Shown piece by piece: positions 29,091-39,997 of a DNA stretch of 64,000 nucleotides. Source of the DNA: Candidatus Eiseniibacteriota bacterium (GTDB lineage Bacteria; Eisenbacteria; RBG-16-71-46). Both the position numbers and the translations under genes were made by a program. The notes below the pieces were generated by a model that saw only the letters and a list, made by a program, of their open reading frames with translations, did no database searches and was not told the DNA's origin. Each line of letters begins with the position of its first letter. Position 1 is the first letter of the stretch. The DNA lies in contig JANMQY010000030.1 of assembly GCA_031370785.1 (NCBI GenBank), positions 1 through 64,000 of the forward strand, read 5' to 3'.

Positions 29091-29316
29091 CGAGCCTCTT
29101 CGTCGGTGAAGAACCACTTTGCGGTCACAGAGTCAACTCCTCCTCCCTCGCTGTGCCGCGTCGCTGCGCCCGCGTCTGAACCAGGTGTTGTCACTGATCT
29201 CATCCGGCAAGCGCGTGGACGCAGGCGACCTTCGCAAGTGAGTCATCTACGAAACGACCAGATAGATCACGAGGCCTCCGAGTGCCACCCAGCACACCCA
29301 GCACATCAGGTTGACC
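29091..29316. repeat. About 226-bp diverged direct repeat, copy 1
   Basis: Aligns along its length with 34716-34941. Confidence 0.9.
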
Positions 29317-29365
29317 TTCCCCCCACTGGCTCAGCTCAAGATGCCAGTCTCTGCGGGTTGATCCG

Positions 29366-29831
29366 CTACCCGACGCTGGAGCATTCGGGCTCGCTCAAAG
29401 CGAGCTGCTCGGGGACCTCGGCTCTTTCGACTTCGGCACGATACTCGGCCGGAGTCCTCTGCCCCAAACTCCCGTGGGGCCGGCGGTTGTTGTACTCGTC
29501 CCGCCACGCATCGAGCACCACGCGGGCGTCGATGAGCGACGAAAAGTAGTGTTGCGATAGGCACTCACGCCGGACCTGGGCGTTGAAGCTCTCGATGAAC
29601 GCGTTGTCCGTCGGCTTGCCCGGCCGACTGAAGTCGAGCTTCACGTGGTTCGCGTATGCCCACTGGTCGAAGAGCCGCGACGTGAACTCGGTTCCGTTGT
29701 CGACGTGGATCGCCGTCGGCAGGCCACGCTCAACGCCAGCGCGCGTCAGCACGCGCGCGCCGTCGGCACCGCGGAACGATCCGCCGACCTCGAGCGCCAC
29801 GCACTCGCGCGTGAACGTGTCGAGCACGGTC
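29366..29831 (-). pseudogene. IS3 orfB DDE transposase, 3' part
   Basis: LDTFTREC, VDNGTEF, PGKPTDNAFIESFN and YNNRRPHGSL motifs. Confidence 0.9.
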
Positions 29832-32159
29832 TGCGGGTTCCGAAAACTCCTGCCGAGATGATTCCGGAAACTCCTGCCGGTTGAACGAGCCGGGCTCCGA
29901 TAGCGTGGCCACCCGAACGCACGCGGATGAACCGCGTCGTCAGGAGGCCAGGGAGGATGATCGGAGCCATGGCAAGACACCGAGTTCAGGTACTGCGGGC
30001 CGCCGGGCTGCCGCAGGTGCGAATCGCGGCGATCGAAGGAATCTCGGAGCGAAGCGTGCGGACGATCTGCGGCGAGGCGCCGATCGAGGACCCGCGCGAC
30101 GTGGCGCAGGCGCGCGAGCGGGGCGTGGGACGACCCAGCGTGTCGGCACCGTTTCGGGATCGCGTGGTGGCCGTGCTCGCGGCTGAACCGGCACTGCCGA
30201 CGATGGAGATCCTGCACCGGCTGCGCGGGCAGGGCTACGCCGGCGGCAAGAGCGCGCTCTACGAGCTGGTGTGCGAGCTGCGGCCGAGGCTCACCACGCC
30301 GTTGGTGCGGTTCGAAGGGGTGGCGGGCGAGTTCTCGCAGCACGACTTCGGTCAGGTCGAGGTGCGCTACCTCGACGGCACGCACGAGCGGCTCCACTTC
30401 TTCGTGTCGCGGTTGAAGTACTCGCGCTGGGTGGACGTGCGCGTGGTCGAGAACGAGGGCGTCGAGTCGCTGGTGCGCAGCCTCCTCGCGGGTTTCGAGA
30501 GCTTCGGCGGCGTGCCGCTGGTGGCGGTGTTCGACAACCCGAAGACGGTGGTGATCAGCCGCAAGGACAGCCGCATCCAGTGGAACGACACGTTCGGCCA
30601 GACGGCGCTCGACTACCGCTTCGCGCCGGAGCTGTGCACGCCGCGCCGCGGACAGGAGAAGGGCTCGGCGGAGAACCTGGTCGGGTTCGTGAAGAACGGG
30701 TTCTTCAAGGTGCGTCGGTTCCACGACCACGCCGACTCGTGGTGCAGCTGGAGGCCTGGCATCTCGAGGTGAACACCGTGCGGCCGTGTCGGGCGACGGG
30801 CGTGCCGCCGGCGGAGCGGATCGCGGCGGAGCGCGAGCGGATGCGACCGCTGGCGATCCCGGCAGCCGAGTACGCGCTGCGCTTCTCGGTGTTCGTCGGG
30901 CCGACCGGTCTGGTGAGCTTCCAGGGCTACCGTTACTCGATGCCGCCCGAGACGATCGGCATCCCCGGGATGCTGTGGTTGTACCCGGAGCGCGTGCGCA
31001 TCGTCGCCGGCCGCTTCGAACGCGAACACGCCCGCGTGCCCGAGCAGGGCAAGGACAGCTTCCATCCCGAGGATCGTGCCGCGCGGCTGGCGCAGGTCGC
31101 CGGCAAGCGCGGCCGGCTCTACTTCAAGCGCCAGGAGATCCTCGACCTGGGGCCGGCGGCGGAAGCGTTCCTCACCGAGATCGTCCATCGCCATCGCTTC
31201 ACCTGGCAGGGTGAAGTCGAGCAACTGCCCGGGGCGCTCAGCCAGCACGGGCCCGCCGCACTCCATCGTGCGCTGACCATCGCCAACGAACGCGAACTCT
31301 ACGGCGCGCCGCACGTGCTCCGCTTGCTGGCGAAGGAGGTGGCCTGATGCATGCGCTCGATCTCGACGGTATGCTCAAGCGCCTGCACCTGCCCACCGTG
31401 CGCCGGCTCTATCCTGAGTGCGAGGTGCGCGCCGAGGCCGACGACCAGTCCTACCGCGACTTCCTCGCCACGCTGATCGCCGAGGAGGTCGCGCATCGCG
31501 CCCAGACCCGCATCGAGCGCTCGGTGCGCAAGGCTCGCTTCCCGTTCCTGCGCACCATCGAGGACTTCGACTTCACGTTCCAGACTTCGGTGCGTCTGCA
31601 GCTGCTCGGCAGCTACCTCGGCCCTGAACTCGTCAGTGAGGGCCGCAGCCTGATCCTGTGCGGGCCCACCGGCACCGGCAAGACCCACCTCGGAATCGCC
31701 ATCGCCTATCGCGCCATCCAGAACGGCTACGAGGCGCTGTTCACCAGCGCCGCCGAGATGATCGAGACGCTCTCGGTCGCCGTGCGCCGCGGTGAGCTGG
31801 CGAGGACGCTCGCGCTCTACACGCACCCGCCCGTTCTCGTGATCGACGAGGTCGGGTATCTCACCGTCGGTGGCGACGCCGCGAACCTCATGTTCCAGGT
31901 CGTCAACGAGCGCTACCTGCATCGGCGCCCGATGTTGTTCACCACCAACAAGCCGCTCGCCGCGTGGGGGCTTGTCTTGCACGACCCCGATCTCGCCGAA
32001 GCGATCCTTGATCGCGTGCTCGAGCGAGGCCGGCTGGTCGAGCTACGCGGCGCGTCGTATCGTACCCGCCACCTCAAGCGTGCCGAAACAGACCGGAGCC
32101 ACAGCCCGTCACCGGCAGGAATATCCGGAAATCACCGGCAGGACATCCCGGAACCCACA
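29832..32159 (+). mobile_element. IS21-family insertion sequence
   Basis: TG...CA ends, IRs with doubled internal repeats, 5-bp TSD CGGTC (29827-29831 and 32160-32164), istA and istB present. Confidence 0.95.
29957..31347 (+). pseudogene. istA: IS21 transposase IstA, frameshifted near 30737
   Basis: QHDFG, VFDNPK and EKGSAEN in one frame; the C-terminal half (YRYSMP) is in another. Confidence 0.88.
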
Positions 32160-32207
32160 CGGTCAGCACGCGTAGCTTCCTGCCATCCGCCAGGGCGTCA
32201 CTCATGA
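31347..32207 (+). CDS. istB: IS21 helper AAA+ ATPase IstB
   Basis: GPTGTGKT, LVIDEVGY, TTN and AILDR motifs. The frame reads through the right IR and stops in the flank. Confidence 0.93.
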   Translation: MHALDLDGMLKRLHLPTVRRLYPECEVRAEADDQSYRDFLATLIAEEVAHRAQTRIERSVRKARFPFLRTIEDFDFTFQTSVRLQLLGSYLGPELVSEGRSLILCGPTGTGKTHLGIAIAYRAIQNGYEALFTSAAEMIETLSVAVRRGELARTLALYTHPPVLVIDEVGYLTVGGDAANLMFQVVNERYLHRRPMLFTTNKPLAAWGLVLHDPDLAEAILDRVLERGRLVELRGASYRTRHLKRAETDRSHSPSPAGISGNHRQDIPEPTRSARVASCHPPGRHS

Positions 32208-32355
32208 AGTCCATCGCCCAGAGATGGTTGGTTCCCGTGGCCACGATCGTCTCGGTGATCCCGAGCTCGCGGCAGACTTCGCCGACCACCACTCCACCCT
32301 CGACGCGCTTGAGCGCGTGGGCGATCTGCTCGACCGCGAACCTGCTCGTCCTCAT
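32160..32355 (-). pseudogene. IS3 orfA N-terminus fused by deletion to the start of the orfB catalytic domain
   Basis: MRTSRFAVEQI...EVCRELGITE joins directly to NHLWAMDFMSDALADGRKLRVLTV. Confidence 0.85.
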
Positions 32356-32456
32356 CCTGGGTCCTCCTCCTTGGCGTTCAGGAGGCCCCGAGGCTAGCTC
32401 AAAATGACAGCCCTGCTGCTCCAGGAAGCGGGAAGCGGATCAGGCGAACGCCTGCT

Positions 32457-32858
32457 TCATGCCCTGTCGAGCGCCCGCTGAAGGCGCTCGCGCGCCTCGC
32501 GCATCGGGCCCTCGAACTTGGAGGCGTCTCGCATCACCTTGAGCATGGCTTCAGGATCGAGGATCGAGACGACCGCGTTGCCCTCATCGTCCTGCCTGAC
32601 CACGACGTTGCAGGGAAGCAGGAGGCCGACGCCCGGATCCGTGCTCAACGCCTGGTGGGCCAGAGTCGGATTGCACGCTCCCAGGATCACGTAGTTGGGA
32701 AAGTCCGCGTTCAGCTTGGCCTTGAGCGTGGCCTTGACGTCGATCTCCGTCAGCACGCCAAAGCCCTCTTCCTTGAGCGCCGCCTCGATGCGATGTCGTG
32801 CGGCTTCATAAGAGACGCCCTTGAATGTGCGCGTGAACCCGTATTCGGTTGCCAACAT
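32457..32858 (-). CDS. DUF302 domain protein
   Basis: EGFGVLTEIDV, YVILGACNP and GLLLPCNVVV motifs. Confidence 0.92.
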   Translation of the reverse strand: MLATEYGFTRTFKGVSYEAARHRIEAALKEEGFGVLTEIDVKATLKAKLNADFPNYVILGACNPTLAHQALSTDPGVGLLLPCNVVVRQDDEGNAVVSILDPEAMLKVMRDASKFEGPMREARERLQRALDRA

Positions 32859-32871
32859 CTGTCCGCCTCTC

Positions 32872-32994
32872 CTACTTGTCGCCTCGCCTTTTCGCGAGGA
32901 ACCGGACCAGCACGATCAGGAGGCCGGTCCCGCCGATCCACCACAGAACCATCCATCCGCCTCCCCAGCCACCCATGTTGCCCATGTTGTTCAT
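32872..32994 (-). CDS. 40-aa Met/Gly/Trp-rich single-TM small protein (not in ORF track)
   Basis: MNNMGNMGGWGGGWMVLWWIGGTGLLIVLVRFLAKRRGDK; GGAGGA RBS; fills the gap between two operon genes. Confidence 0.7.
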   Translation of the reverse strand: MNNMGNMGGWGGGWMVLWWIGGTGLLIVLVRFLAKRRGDK

Positions 32995-33013
32995 GAGACT
33001 TCCTCCCGCCGGC

Positions 33014-34222
33014 TCAGAAGGCCCACATTAGCTCGGCGATCGCGCTCCGGTCTCGGGACAAACCGGTCGATCTCAGGAACTGGGATTCAAGCGTGAGTCG
33101 CACCTGGGTCTGTGCCCAGAAGGACACACCGATCGTCGGCCCGTCGGTAATCTGATCATCCCCGACAGGGGCTTCGCTGTTTGCGTAGTCGTAGCGCGCG
33201 AATCCGGCCCATCGATCTGCAAGCAGGAACTCCCCGAGCAGGAACCCGCCCGAGGTCGCGAGTGATCCAGCCCCGGCCGGCTTGTCGCTCCCCCAGAGAA
33301 GCCCCAGCACTCCCTTCGCCCTTGGCCCATAGGCATTGGCGAACAGCGCGACCCTCTCGTAGTCGATCGAGGGTTGTCCGGGAGAGGCTGCGATCTTGCC
33401 TTTGTAGCCGAACCCGCTTAGGGCGTTCCCCTTCTCGCCCATGAGGTATTCCGCGCTCGCATAGACATCCGTGTGGCTGTCACCTGCGAGATCGTCGATC
33501 TGGGGCTGGCCCGCGCCTACGTATGCATTCCACCTCGACAGGTCCACCATCCCCACCTCAACTCCACGCAGGCGCGTCACCGGTGCCCAAGGACTCTCGG
33601 CTCTCGTCGGCGTTTTCAGGACTACGGGCCGAGATAGCGGCATCTGGGCGGCACCCCCGTTGAAGAGGATCGCGAAAGGAAGGAGTTGGCCGAAGCGCAG
33701 GGAAGCGAAACGAGGGCTCCAGGAGGTGTTGAACTGGGCATAGGCCTGTTCCACCTCGACGCCTCCGCCCTCGATGTCGAACGCCAGGGTCGCGAGGCCG
33801 GACCAGTGCTGATCGAGTGGCCCGCCGATCCACGCCTCGACCTCGCCCGGATGGAAAGCGGCCTTCTCATGAGCGCGTGCTTCGTAAGTCTGGTGCCCCA
33901 TCAGTGTCAGGTAATCGCGCCATTCCATCGGCAGGACCTCGCCCAGTGGACGATCGGTGGCGGCGACCGGAGGCGTTTTGGCCTCTCGCGTCCCCATGAC
34001 CATGCCCGTCTGCGTCGCCATCCCTCCGCGTTCCTCGCGAAGGCCGCGGCGGACGTAGGCGTGCCCATCCTCGTTGAGCTCGGGCAGCCGGAAGTGGCAC
34101 ATCTGGCACTTGGCCGACTCGCGCCGCGCGAAGGCGGGCACCGCTCGAGAACTCTGGACTAGCGCAAGGGACAAGCCGGCTACGAGGAGCAGCAGGCACA
34201 GAACAGCGGTCGCCAGCTTCAT
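33014..34222 (-). CDS. Cyc2-like cytochrome c-porin fusion
   Basis: Signal peptide, then AVPAFARRESAKCQMCHFRLPELNEDG, a beta-barrel body and terminal Phe. Confidence 0.8.
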   Translation of the reverse strand: MKLATAVLCLLLLVAGLSLALVQSSRAVPAFARRESAKCQMCHFRLPELNEDGHAYVRRGLREERGGMATQTGMVMGTREAKTPPVAATDRPLGEVLPMEWRDYLTLMGHQTYEARAHEKAAFHPGEVEAWIGGPLDQHWSGLATLAFDIEGGGVEVEQAYAQFNTSWSPRFASLRFGQLLPFAILFNGGAAQMPLSRPVVLKTPTRAESPWAPVTRLRGVEVGMVDLSRWNAYVGAGQPQIDDLAGDSHTDVYASAEYLMGEKGNALSGFGYKGKIAASPGQPSIDYERVALFANAYGPRAKGVLGLLWGSDKPAGAGSLATSGGFLLGEFLLADRWAGFARYDYANSEAPVGDDQITDGPTIGVSFWAQTQVRLTLESQFLRSTGLSRDRSAIAELMWAF

Positions 34223-34620
34223 CGGTCTACCTCCGCGCGGGGCTTGCAGAGCACGCGATTGGTCACACGCCCATGGTCCACATGGCGCGCGCCACTAGTT
34301 GCTTGTTCTGAGGAGTGCTCTAGGCACTCGTCACCACGCGAGTGCAGGGCCAGATTCATGCCACCACGCTGCCGCCGCAGGCAACCCGCACAAACCCGAG
34401 TGAACGCAGGTGATGGGAGTCGGAAGCTCTCAATCCGACGGGGCGACGCTCTCCGGAACTGGCGGAGTCCACGGAGAAAGGTGCACGCGCAACGGTAGGA
34501 TCTTCAAAGTCAGGAGCGGCCGGTGAGCACCACGAGCCAGCGGGCGGCCCCAGCATCGGGACGCCCACGCCGGTCGTCGCAGGCCATACTGTGGCCGATT
34601 GGTCGCCGGTTCAAAGTCCT

Positions 34621-34753
34621 CATGAGCCCCGTGTTCGAGCTCGACTTCGAGTCCGCGGCGGAACTGGCCGAGATCCACCACTGCCCAGTCGATGCCGAGA
34701 GTTTCGCCGATCTCGCGAGCCTCTTCGTCGGTGAAGAGCCGCTTTGGGGCCAT
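34621..34753 (-). pseudogene. Truncated DUF5661-like protein
   Basis: FTDEEAREIGETLGIDW...QFRRGLEVELEHG, after which homology is lost. Confidence 0.65.
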
Positions 34754-34941
34754 GCGTCAACTCCTCCTTTCACGCTGTACCGCGTCGCTGCGCCCTCGTC
34801 TGCACCACGTGTTCTTACTGATCTCATGCGGCAAGCGCGTAGACGCAGGCGACCTTCGCAAGTGTGTCATCTACGAAACGACCAGATGGATCACGAGGCC
34901 TCCAAGTGCCACCCAGCACACCCAGTACATCAAGGTTCACC
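34716..34941. repeat. About 226-bp diverged direct repeat, copy 2
   Basis: Aligns with 29091-29316. Confidence 0.9.
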
Positions 34942-35159
34942 CACCAGACTTTGTGGGCTGCTCCCGAAAGTTCAAGACGGTGCTTGTCGAGCATTCCCCA
35001 GCCGTGCAATAGCCCTCCCGTCACCAGAACAACCACCGCGCTCTGCCTGAATGTGGAGGCGAAGAGGGCGCCAAGGCCGACTCCCAAGACGAACGCCCCC
35101 ACACCAGAGGTGAGTTCGGCGAGTTTCAGGCGGTTCCGCGCGCTGCTGTTGCCAACCAT
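34871..35159 (-). pseudogene. Small membrane protein with +1 frameshift near 34932
   Basis: AELTSGVGAFVLG...KHRLE...WWVNL. The natural end MYWVCWVALGGLVIHLVVS* is out of frame; repeat copy 1 lacks the extra base. Confidence 0.7.
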
Positions 35160-36298
35160 CAGGCATCTGCCCTGGATGCTGGGACCCTGGCATGGATAGT
35201 TTCCGCGCACCGAAGCATTTCTCGAAGAATGATCAGGTCCTCCCGCGCACGAACGACGAGGATTCGCACGTCTGAGTCACGCCGCGCGATGTCTGCGTCA
35301 GGAGCCGCAGACCGGTTTTTCTCATCGTCCAAGTGCGCGCCGGCGAACGAAAGCGCAGAGACCACATCGCGACGAACTCGGCTGCTGTTTTCTCCGATGC
35401 CACCGGTGAAGACCAGAACGTCGCATCCGGCGAGGACGCTCGTCATGGCGCCGACGGCGCGTTTTGCACTCAGGACAAAGCGGTCATACGCGACGGCCGC
35501 ACGGGACGATCCGGACTCCGCGGCGCTGAGCACCTCCCGGAGATCCGCCGAAACACCCGAGACACCGAGCAAGCCTGAGCGTGTGCTGAGCGTTTCGAAG
35601 ATTTCAGCGGGAGTCACCCCGTGCTGGAGCTGGAGATAGAGGAGCAGGCCCGGATCGACAGAGCCGGAACGGGTCCCCATCATGAGTCCCTCGAGCGGGC
35701 TGAATCCCATCGTCGTATCGACGGAGCGCCCTTCGGCCACGGCCGAGACCGAGCATCCGCTCCCCAAGTGGCAGACGACAAGGCGCGGCACCACGCCTCC
35801 GGTCAGCTCACGCGCTCGCTGTGAGGAGTAGGCGACACTCAGGCCATGAAAGCCAAACCGCCGGAGATCCCACCTCTCAGTCCATTCGAAGGGCAGGGCG
35901 TAGCCGGCGGCCGCCGCGGGGAGAGTAGCGTGAAATGCCGTGTCGAACGCCACGAACTGCGGGACGGCGGGAACCTGCGCCTGGACGGCGTCGATGCCCT
36001 CCAGCGCCGACCGCATATGAGCTGGATCCCGCTCGACCAACGATTCAAGGTCCGCTCGAACACGCGCATCTAGGACCTTCGTCTCGCGATGACGTGTCCC
36101 GCCATGAACGATGCGATGGCCAACTGCGTCGAACTCAGGAACGCCATGCAAAACGGCCTGGATCTGGTCGATGCGTCGCACCTCCCCCACACCGGTCCAT
36201 GACACGGTACCTCCCGCCAACGTGGCCTCGTCCGTCGCATCGAGCACCCCCCACTTGAGCGTGCTCGAGCCGCTGTTGAGAACAAGGACCCGCCTCAC
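35159..36298 (-). CDS. ackA: Acetate/propionate kinase
   Basis: [26 protein letters not shown] and FTGGIGEN motifs. GTG start overlaps the xfp stop; alternative start 36307. Confidence 0.92.
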   Translation of the reverse strand: MRRVLVLNSGSSTLKWGVLDATDEATLAGGTVSWTGVGEVRRIDQIQAVLHGVPEFDAVGHRIVHGGTRHRETKVLDARVRADLESLVERDPAHMRSALEGIDAVQAQVPAVPQFVAFDTAFHATLPAAAAGYALPFEWTERWDLRRFGFHGLSVAYSSQRARELTGGVVPRLVVCHLGSGCSVSAVAEGRSVDTTMGFSPLEGLMMGTRSGSVDPGLLLYLQLQHGVTPAEIFETLSTRSGLLGVSGVSADLREVLSAAESGSSRAAVAYDRFVLSAKRAVGAMTSVLAGCDVLVFTGGIGENSSRVRRDVVSALSFAGAHLDDEKNRSAAPDADIARRDSDVRILVVRAREDLIILREMLRCAETIHARVPASRADA

Positions 36299-38646
36299 CG
36301 CGACCATCTCCAGTGCTTTACCTCCGGCATGTCGTCGCCGTGCGTTCTGATGTATGCATTGTGCTCGGCGAGCTTCTCATGCATCGCTTCCCGAATGTGC
36401 GCGGCACGTGTAGCGAGGCAAGGTACGCGTTCGGCGATGTCGATCACTCGATGGAATCGGTCGAGATCGTTGAGCACGGTCATGTCGAAGGGAGTCGTCG
36501 TCGTTCCCTCTTCCTTGTACCCGCGCACGTGCAGGTTCTTGTGATTCGTGCGCCGGTAGGTCAGGCGATGGATGAGCCAGGGGTAGCCATGGAAGGCAAA
36601 GATGATCGGCTTGTCCGGTGTGAAGAGCGCGTCGAAATCTTCGTCGCTGAGCCCGTGCGGATGTTCACTCGCCGGCTGGAGCCGCATGAGATCTACGACG
36701 TTGACGACGCGCATCTTGAGATCGGGAGCGAGCGAGCGGAGAAGGTCGACGGCCGCGAGCGTCTCGAGGGTGGGGACGTCGCCGCAGCACGCCAGCACGA
36801 CATCGGGCTCGGAGCCCTTGTCGTTGCTCGCCCACTCCCAGATCCCGATACCCAGGGCGCAGTGCCTGATCGCCTCGTCCATCGTCAGCCACTGGAGCTC
36901 TGGCTGCTTGCCCGCGACGATTACGTTCACGTAGTTGAGGCTACGCAGGCAGTGATCGGTCACAGAGAGAAGTGTGTTGGCATCGGGTGGCAGGTAGACT
37001 CGAATGACCTCCGCCTTCTTGTTCATAACGTGGTCGATGAATCCCGGATCCTGATGGCTGAAGCCGTTGTGGTCCTGGCGCCAGACATGCGAGGTCAGCA
37101 GGTAGTTGAGCGAACCGATCGGTCGCCGCCAGGGGATGTGGCGGGTGACTTTCAACCACTTGGCGTGTTGATTGAACATCGAGTCGACGATGTGAATGAA
37201 TGCCTCGTAGCATGAGAAGAACCCGTGGCGGCCCGTAAGCAGGTAGCCCTCCAGCCATCCCTGGCACTGATGCTCACTCAGCATTTCCATCACCCGGCCA
37301 TCCTGCGCCACGTGCTCGTCGCCCTCAAGGATCTCGGCCATGGACGCGCGGTCGGTGACTTCGAAGACGGCCGCCCAGCGATTGGATGTGGTCTCGTCTG
37401 GGCTGAAGATCCTGAAGTTTGTTGGGTTGCGCTTGATAACGTCGCGGATAAGCTCGCCCTGTACCCGCGTGGCCTCGCCTAGGATCGAGCCAGGACTTGG
37501 CACTTCGAGCGCATAGCGACGGAAGTCCGGAACCTCGAGATCGCGTAGCAGAACGCCGCCATTTGCATGGGGGTTTGCGCTCATGCGGCGCGCCCCCTTC
37601 GGCGCGAACTCTCGGAGTTCGGGATTCGGTCGTCCTTGTACGTTGAACAGCTCTTCCGGCCGATAGCTCTTCATCCAAGCCTCGAGCAGGTGGATGTGCT
37701 CAGGACGATCCATATCGCCCATCGGGACCTGGTGCGCCCGGAACGTCCCCTCAACCGCACGCCCGTCGACTACTCTTGGGCCCGTCCAGCCTTTCGGGCT
37801 GCGAAGGACGATCATCGGCCAGCGCGGGCGAGTGAGCACACCGCGGACGCGCGCGTCCAGCTGGATATTCTTCAATGCATCGACAACACCATCCAGGGTC
37901 GTAGCCATCTGCTGGTGCATCGCGGCTGGTTCGGCTCCCTCCACGAAATGGGGTTCAAATCCATAACCCCGGAGCAGCTGTTCAAGCTCACGTTGCGAGA
38001 TGCGGGCGAGAACCGTTGGCCCAGCAATCTTGTAGCCGTTCAGGTGCAGGATCGGCAGCACGGCACCGTCGCGTGCGGGATTCAAGAACTTGTTCGAGTG
38101 CCAGCTCGTCGCAAGAGCACCGGTCTCCGCCTCGCCGTCACCGATGACACATGAGATGACGAGGTCGGGATTGTCGAACGCCGCACCATAGGCGTGCGAC
38201 AGCGCATAGCCAAGCTCGCCGCCCTCGTGGATGGAACCGGGGGTCTCCGGCGCGACGTGGCTGGGGACGCCTCCCGGAAAGGAGAACTGTTCGAACAGAC
38301 GCTTCATCCCAGGTTCGTCCAGGGACACGTCCGGATACACTTCGCTATAGGTCCCCTCGAGGTAAGCGTTGGCGATCGCTGCAGGCCCGCCGTGGCCCGG
38401 CCCGAACAGGCAGATCATATTCAGATCATGCTGCCGAATGACCCGGTTCAGGTGTGCGCAGATGAAGTTCAGGCCCGGGGTCGTTCCCCAATGCCCGAGC
38501 AGCCGTGGCTTGAGATGCTGGTGCTGGAGCGGCTCGCGAAGCAGTGGGTTGCCGCGAAGATAGATCTGGCCCACCGACAGGTAGTTCGCGGCGCGCCAGT
38601 AGGCGTCGAGTAGGTCGAGTTCCTCTCGCGATGGTGCAGCATTCAT
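36295..38646 (-). CDS. xfp: Xylulose-5-P/fructose-6-P phosphoketolase
   Basis: [30 protein letters not shown] and [13 protein letters not shown] motifs. Confidence 0.96.
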   Translation of the reverse strand: MNAAPSREELDLLDAYWRAANYLSVGQIYLRGNPLLREPLQHQHLKPRLLGHWGTTPGLNFICAHLNRVIRQHDLNMICLFGPGHGGPAAIANAYLEGTYSEVYPDVSLDEPGMKRLFEQFSFPGGVPSHVAPETPGSIHEGGELGYALSHAYGAAFDNPDLVISCVIGDGEAETGALATSWHSNKFLNPARDGAVLPILHLNGYKIAGPTVLARISQRELEQLLRGYGFEPHFVEGAEPAAMHQQMATTLDGVVDALKNIQLDARVRGVLTRPRWPMIVLRSPKGWTGPRVVDGRAVEGTFRAHQVPMGDMDRPEHIHLLEAWMKSYRPEELFNVQGRPNPELREFAPKGARRMSANPHANGGVLLRDLEVPDFRRYALEVPSPGSILGEATRVQGELIRDVIKRNPTNFRIFSPDETTSNRWAAVFEVTDRASMAEILEGDEHVAQDGRVMEMLSEHQCQGWLEGYLLTGRHGFFSCYEAFIHIVDSMFNQHAKWLKVTRHIPWRRPIGSLNYLLTSHVWRQDHNGFSHQDPGFIDHVMNKKAEVIRVYLPPDANTLLSVTDHCLRSLNYVNVIVAGKQPELQWLTMDEAIRHCALGIGIWEWASNDKGSEPDVVLACCGDVPTLETLAAVDLLRSLAPDLKMRVVNVVDLMRLQPASEHPHGLSDEDFDALFTPDKPIIFAFHGYPWLIHRLTYRRTNHKNLHVRGYKEEGTTTTPFDMTVLNDLDRFHRVIDIAERVPCLATRAAHIREAMHEKLAEHNAYIRTHGDDMPEVKHWRWSR

Positions 38647-38680
38647 GGGTAATCGATCTCCTCGCGCTCTGCTGCCCCGA

Positions 38681-39997
38681 CTAATGCCACAGTCCCTTCC
38701 TTCTCGTGTCGACGAACTGCCGAGCCTCAGACGCCTGAGGCTCGGCGCCGATCGGGCGCGCGGCCAAGACGCGCGGAAGCTTCAAGCTCAGAATGAAGCC
38801 GATCGTTGCGAGACCGGTGGTAAGGAGAAATGACGCGCCGGGCAACCAGGCGACATCGAAGAGCAGTCCGCTGGCCACCGAGCCGACGGCGACGCCGAGG
38901 CTGGCGGCCGCCGTCTGTTTGCCGAGTTCTGCCCCCTGGGCGTTGCCGGCCATACTCGAGATCCAGTACGTGAGGATCGGTGACAGGATGCCTGCGCTGG
39001 CGGCGATCGTGCCGACCACGATCAGCATCGAAGCAAAATCAAAGGCCCGCGGCACGAGGAACAAGCCGGCCGCGAGTACCGCGAGACCTGGTGGAATCAG
39101 CCAACGGGTCGATTGCGGCTTGACCAAGGGTGAGAACACGATTGCTTGCGCCACGAACATGACCAGACTGCATTCGCTGAACATCATCGCGATCTGATAA
39201 GGCGTCAGGCCGAGCTCCTGTTTGCCGCGCAGAGCAAGCCCGACCTCGAAGACACCGACACCTGCGGACACGATGAACGCCAGAACCAGAAGCACCGGAA
39301 TCACCCATGCTCGCGCTTTCACCAAAGATATGGCGCCATTGCGTGTCACGTTCCTGCCATGTGGGGCGCCGGGAACAGCGAATCCGACAGCAAGTGCCGC
39401 CGCCAGGGCGAGAGCCGCGGTAGTAGCCAGCGGAATGGACAGCGATCCCACCGGCTGGGCGGTCGAGAAGAGCTTCGCGGCGAAGCGGGCAACGAAGACG
39501 CCGAGCATGGGCCCGAGCAGGAAACCTGAAACGCCCGCGAGGCTGACGAACGTGAGGCGCCGGGCCCGCTCCTCTTCGGTCGCGGCAAGATCACCGATGG
39601 CCGCCGAGGCCACCGGTGTGACCGCAGCGGCAAACATTCCGCTGAGGAAGCGTTCCGCGTAAACGGCCCACAGAGTTTCGACCGACGAGAGGATCAGCAT
39701 CACGGCCCCGAACCCGATGAGTCCGGCAAGCAAAACGCGGCGCCGGCCCCGGCGATCGGAGGTGCGACCCCAGACAGGCGCGAACAGGAACATCGCGAGC
39801 GTGTAGATCCCGGTCACAAGCCCGACATTCCGGGACACTTGAGCTGCCTCGCTTCCCGCTCCAATGAGTCGCTCGATCCGATAGGGCAGAAGAGGCAGCA
39901 CGACTCCGTAGCCGACCGATACCGTGAACACGGCGAACATCAGCGCCGCCATGGTCCGAGGCGGGACGCCGGCCGAGCGATGGCTGCCGGTCGTCAC
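38681..39997 (-). CDS. MFS transporter (TetA/DHA1-like)
   Basis: [13 protein letters not shown] motif A; about 12 TM helices. GTG start overlaps the upstream stop. Confidence 0.88.
   Translation of the reverse strand: MTTGSHRSAGVPPRTMAALMFAVFTVSVGYGVVLPLLPYRIERLIGAGSEAAQVSRNVGLVTGIYTLAMFLFAPVWGRTSDRRGRRRVLLAGLIGFGAVMLILSSVETLWAVYAERFLSGMFAAAVTPVASAAIGDLAATEEERARRLTFVSLAGVSGFLLGPMLGVFVARFAAKLFSTAQPVGSLSIPLATTAALALAAALAVGFAVPGAPHGRNVTRNGAISLVKARAWVIPVLLVLAFIVSAGVGVFEVGLALRGKQELGLTPYQIAMMFSECSLVMFVAQAIVFSPLVKPQSTRWLIPPGLAVLAAGLFLVPRAFDFASMLIVVGTIAASAGILSPILTYWISSMAGNAQGAELGKQTAAASLGVAVGSVASGLLFDVAWLPGASFLLTTGLATIGFILSLKLPRVLAARPIGAEPQASEARQFVDTRRKGLWH

Larger units (their letters stand above)
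29359..32442 (-). mobile_element. Decayed IS3-family element, internally deleted and interrupted by an IS21
   Basis: Terminal IRs TGATCCGCTACCCG...CTGGAGCA and TGATCCGCTTCCCG...CTGGAGCA; orfA and orfB fragments inside. Confidence 0.85.

Noticed and set aside
29311..29343. TTGACCTTCC... resembling a CueR/MerR promoter
   Set aside because: The right half-site is missing, the spacing is off, it overlaps a duplicated coding remnant and it points into the IS.
29832..29880. Short tandem repeats as a mini-CRISPR
   Set aside because: They are IS21 terminal transposase-binding repeats mirrored at the right end; no spacers or cas genes.
34223..34620. Riboswitch upstream of the Cyc2-like gene (GCACTCG/CGAGTGC hairpin)
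   Set aside because: No recognisable aptamer consensus; an Rfam/Infernal search would be needed.
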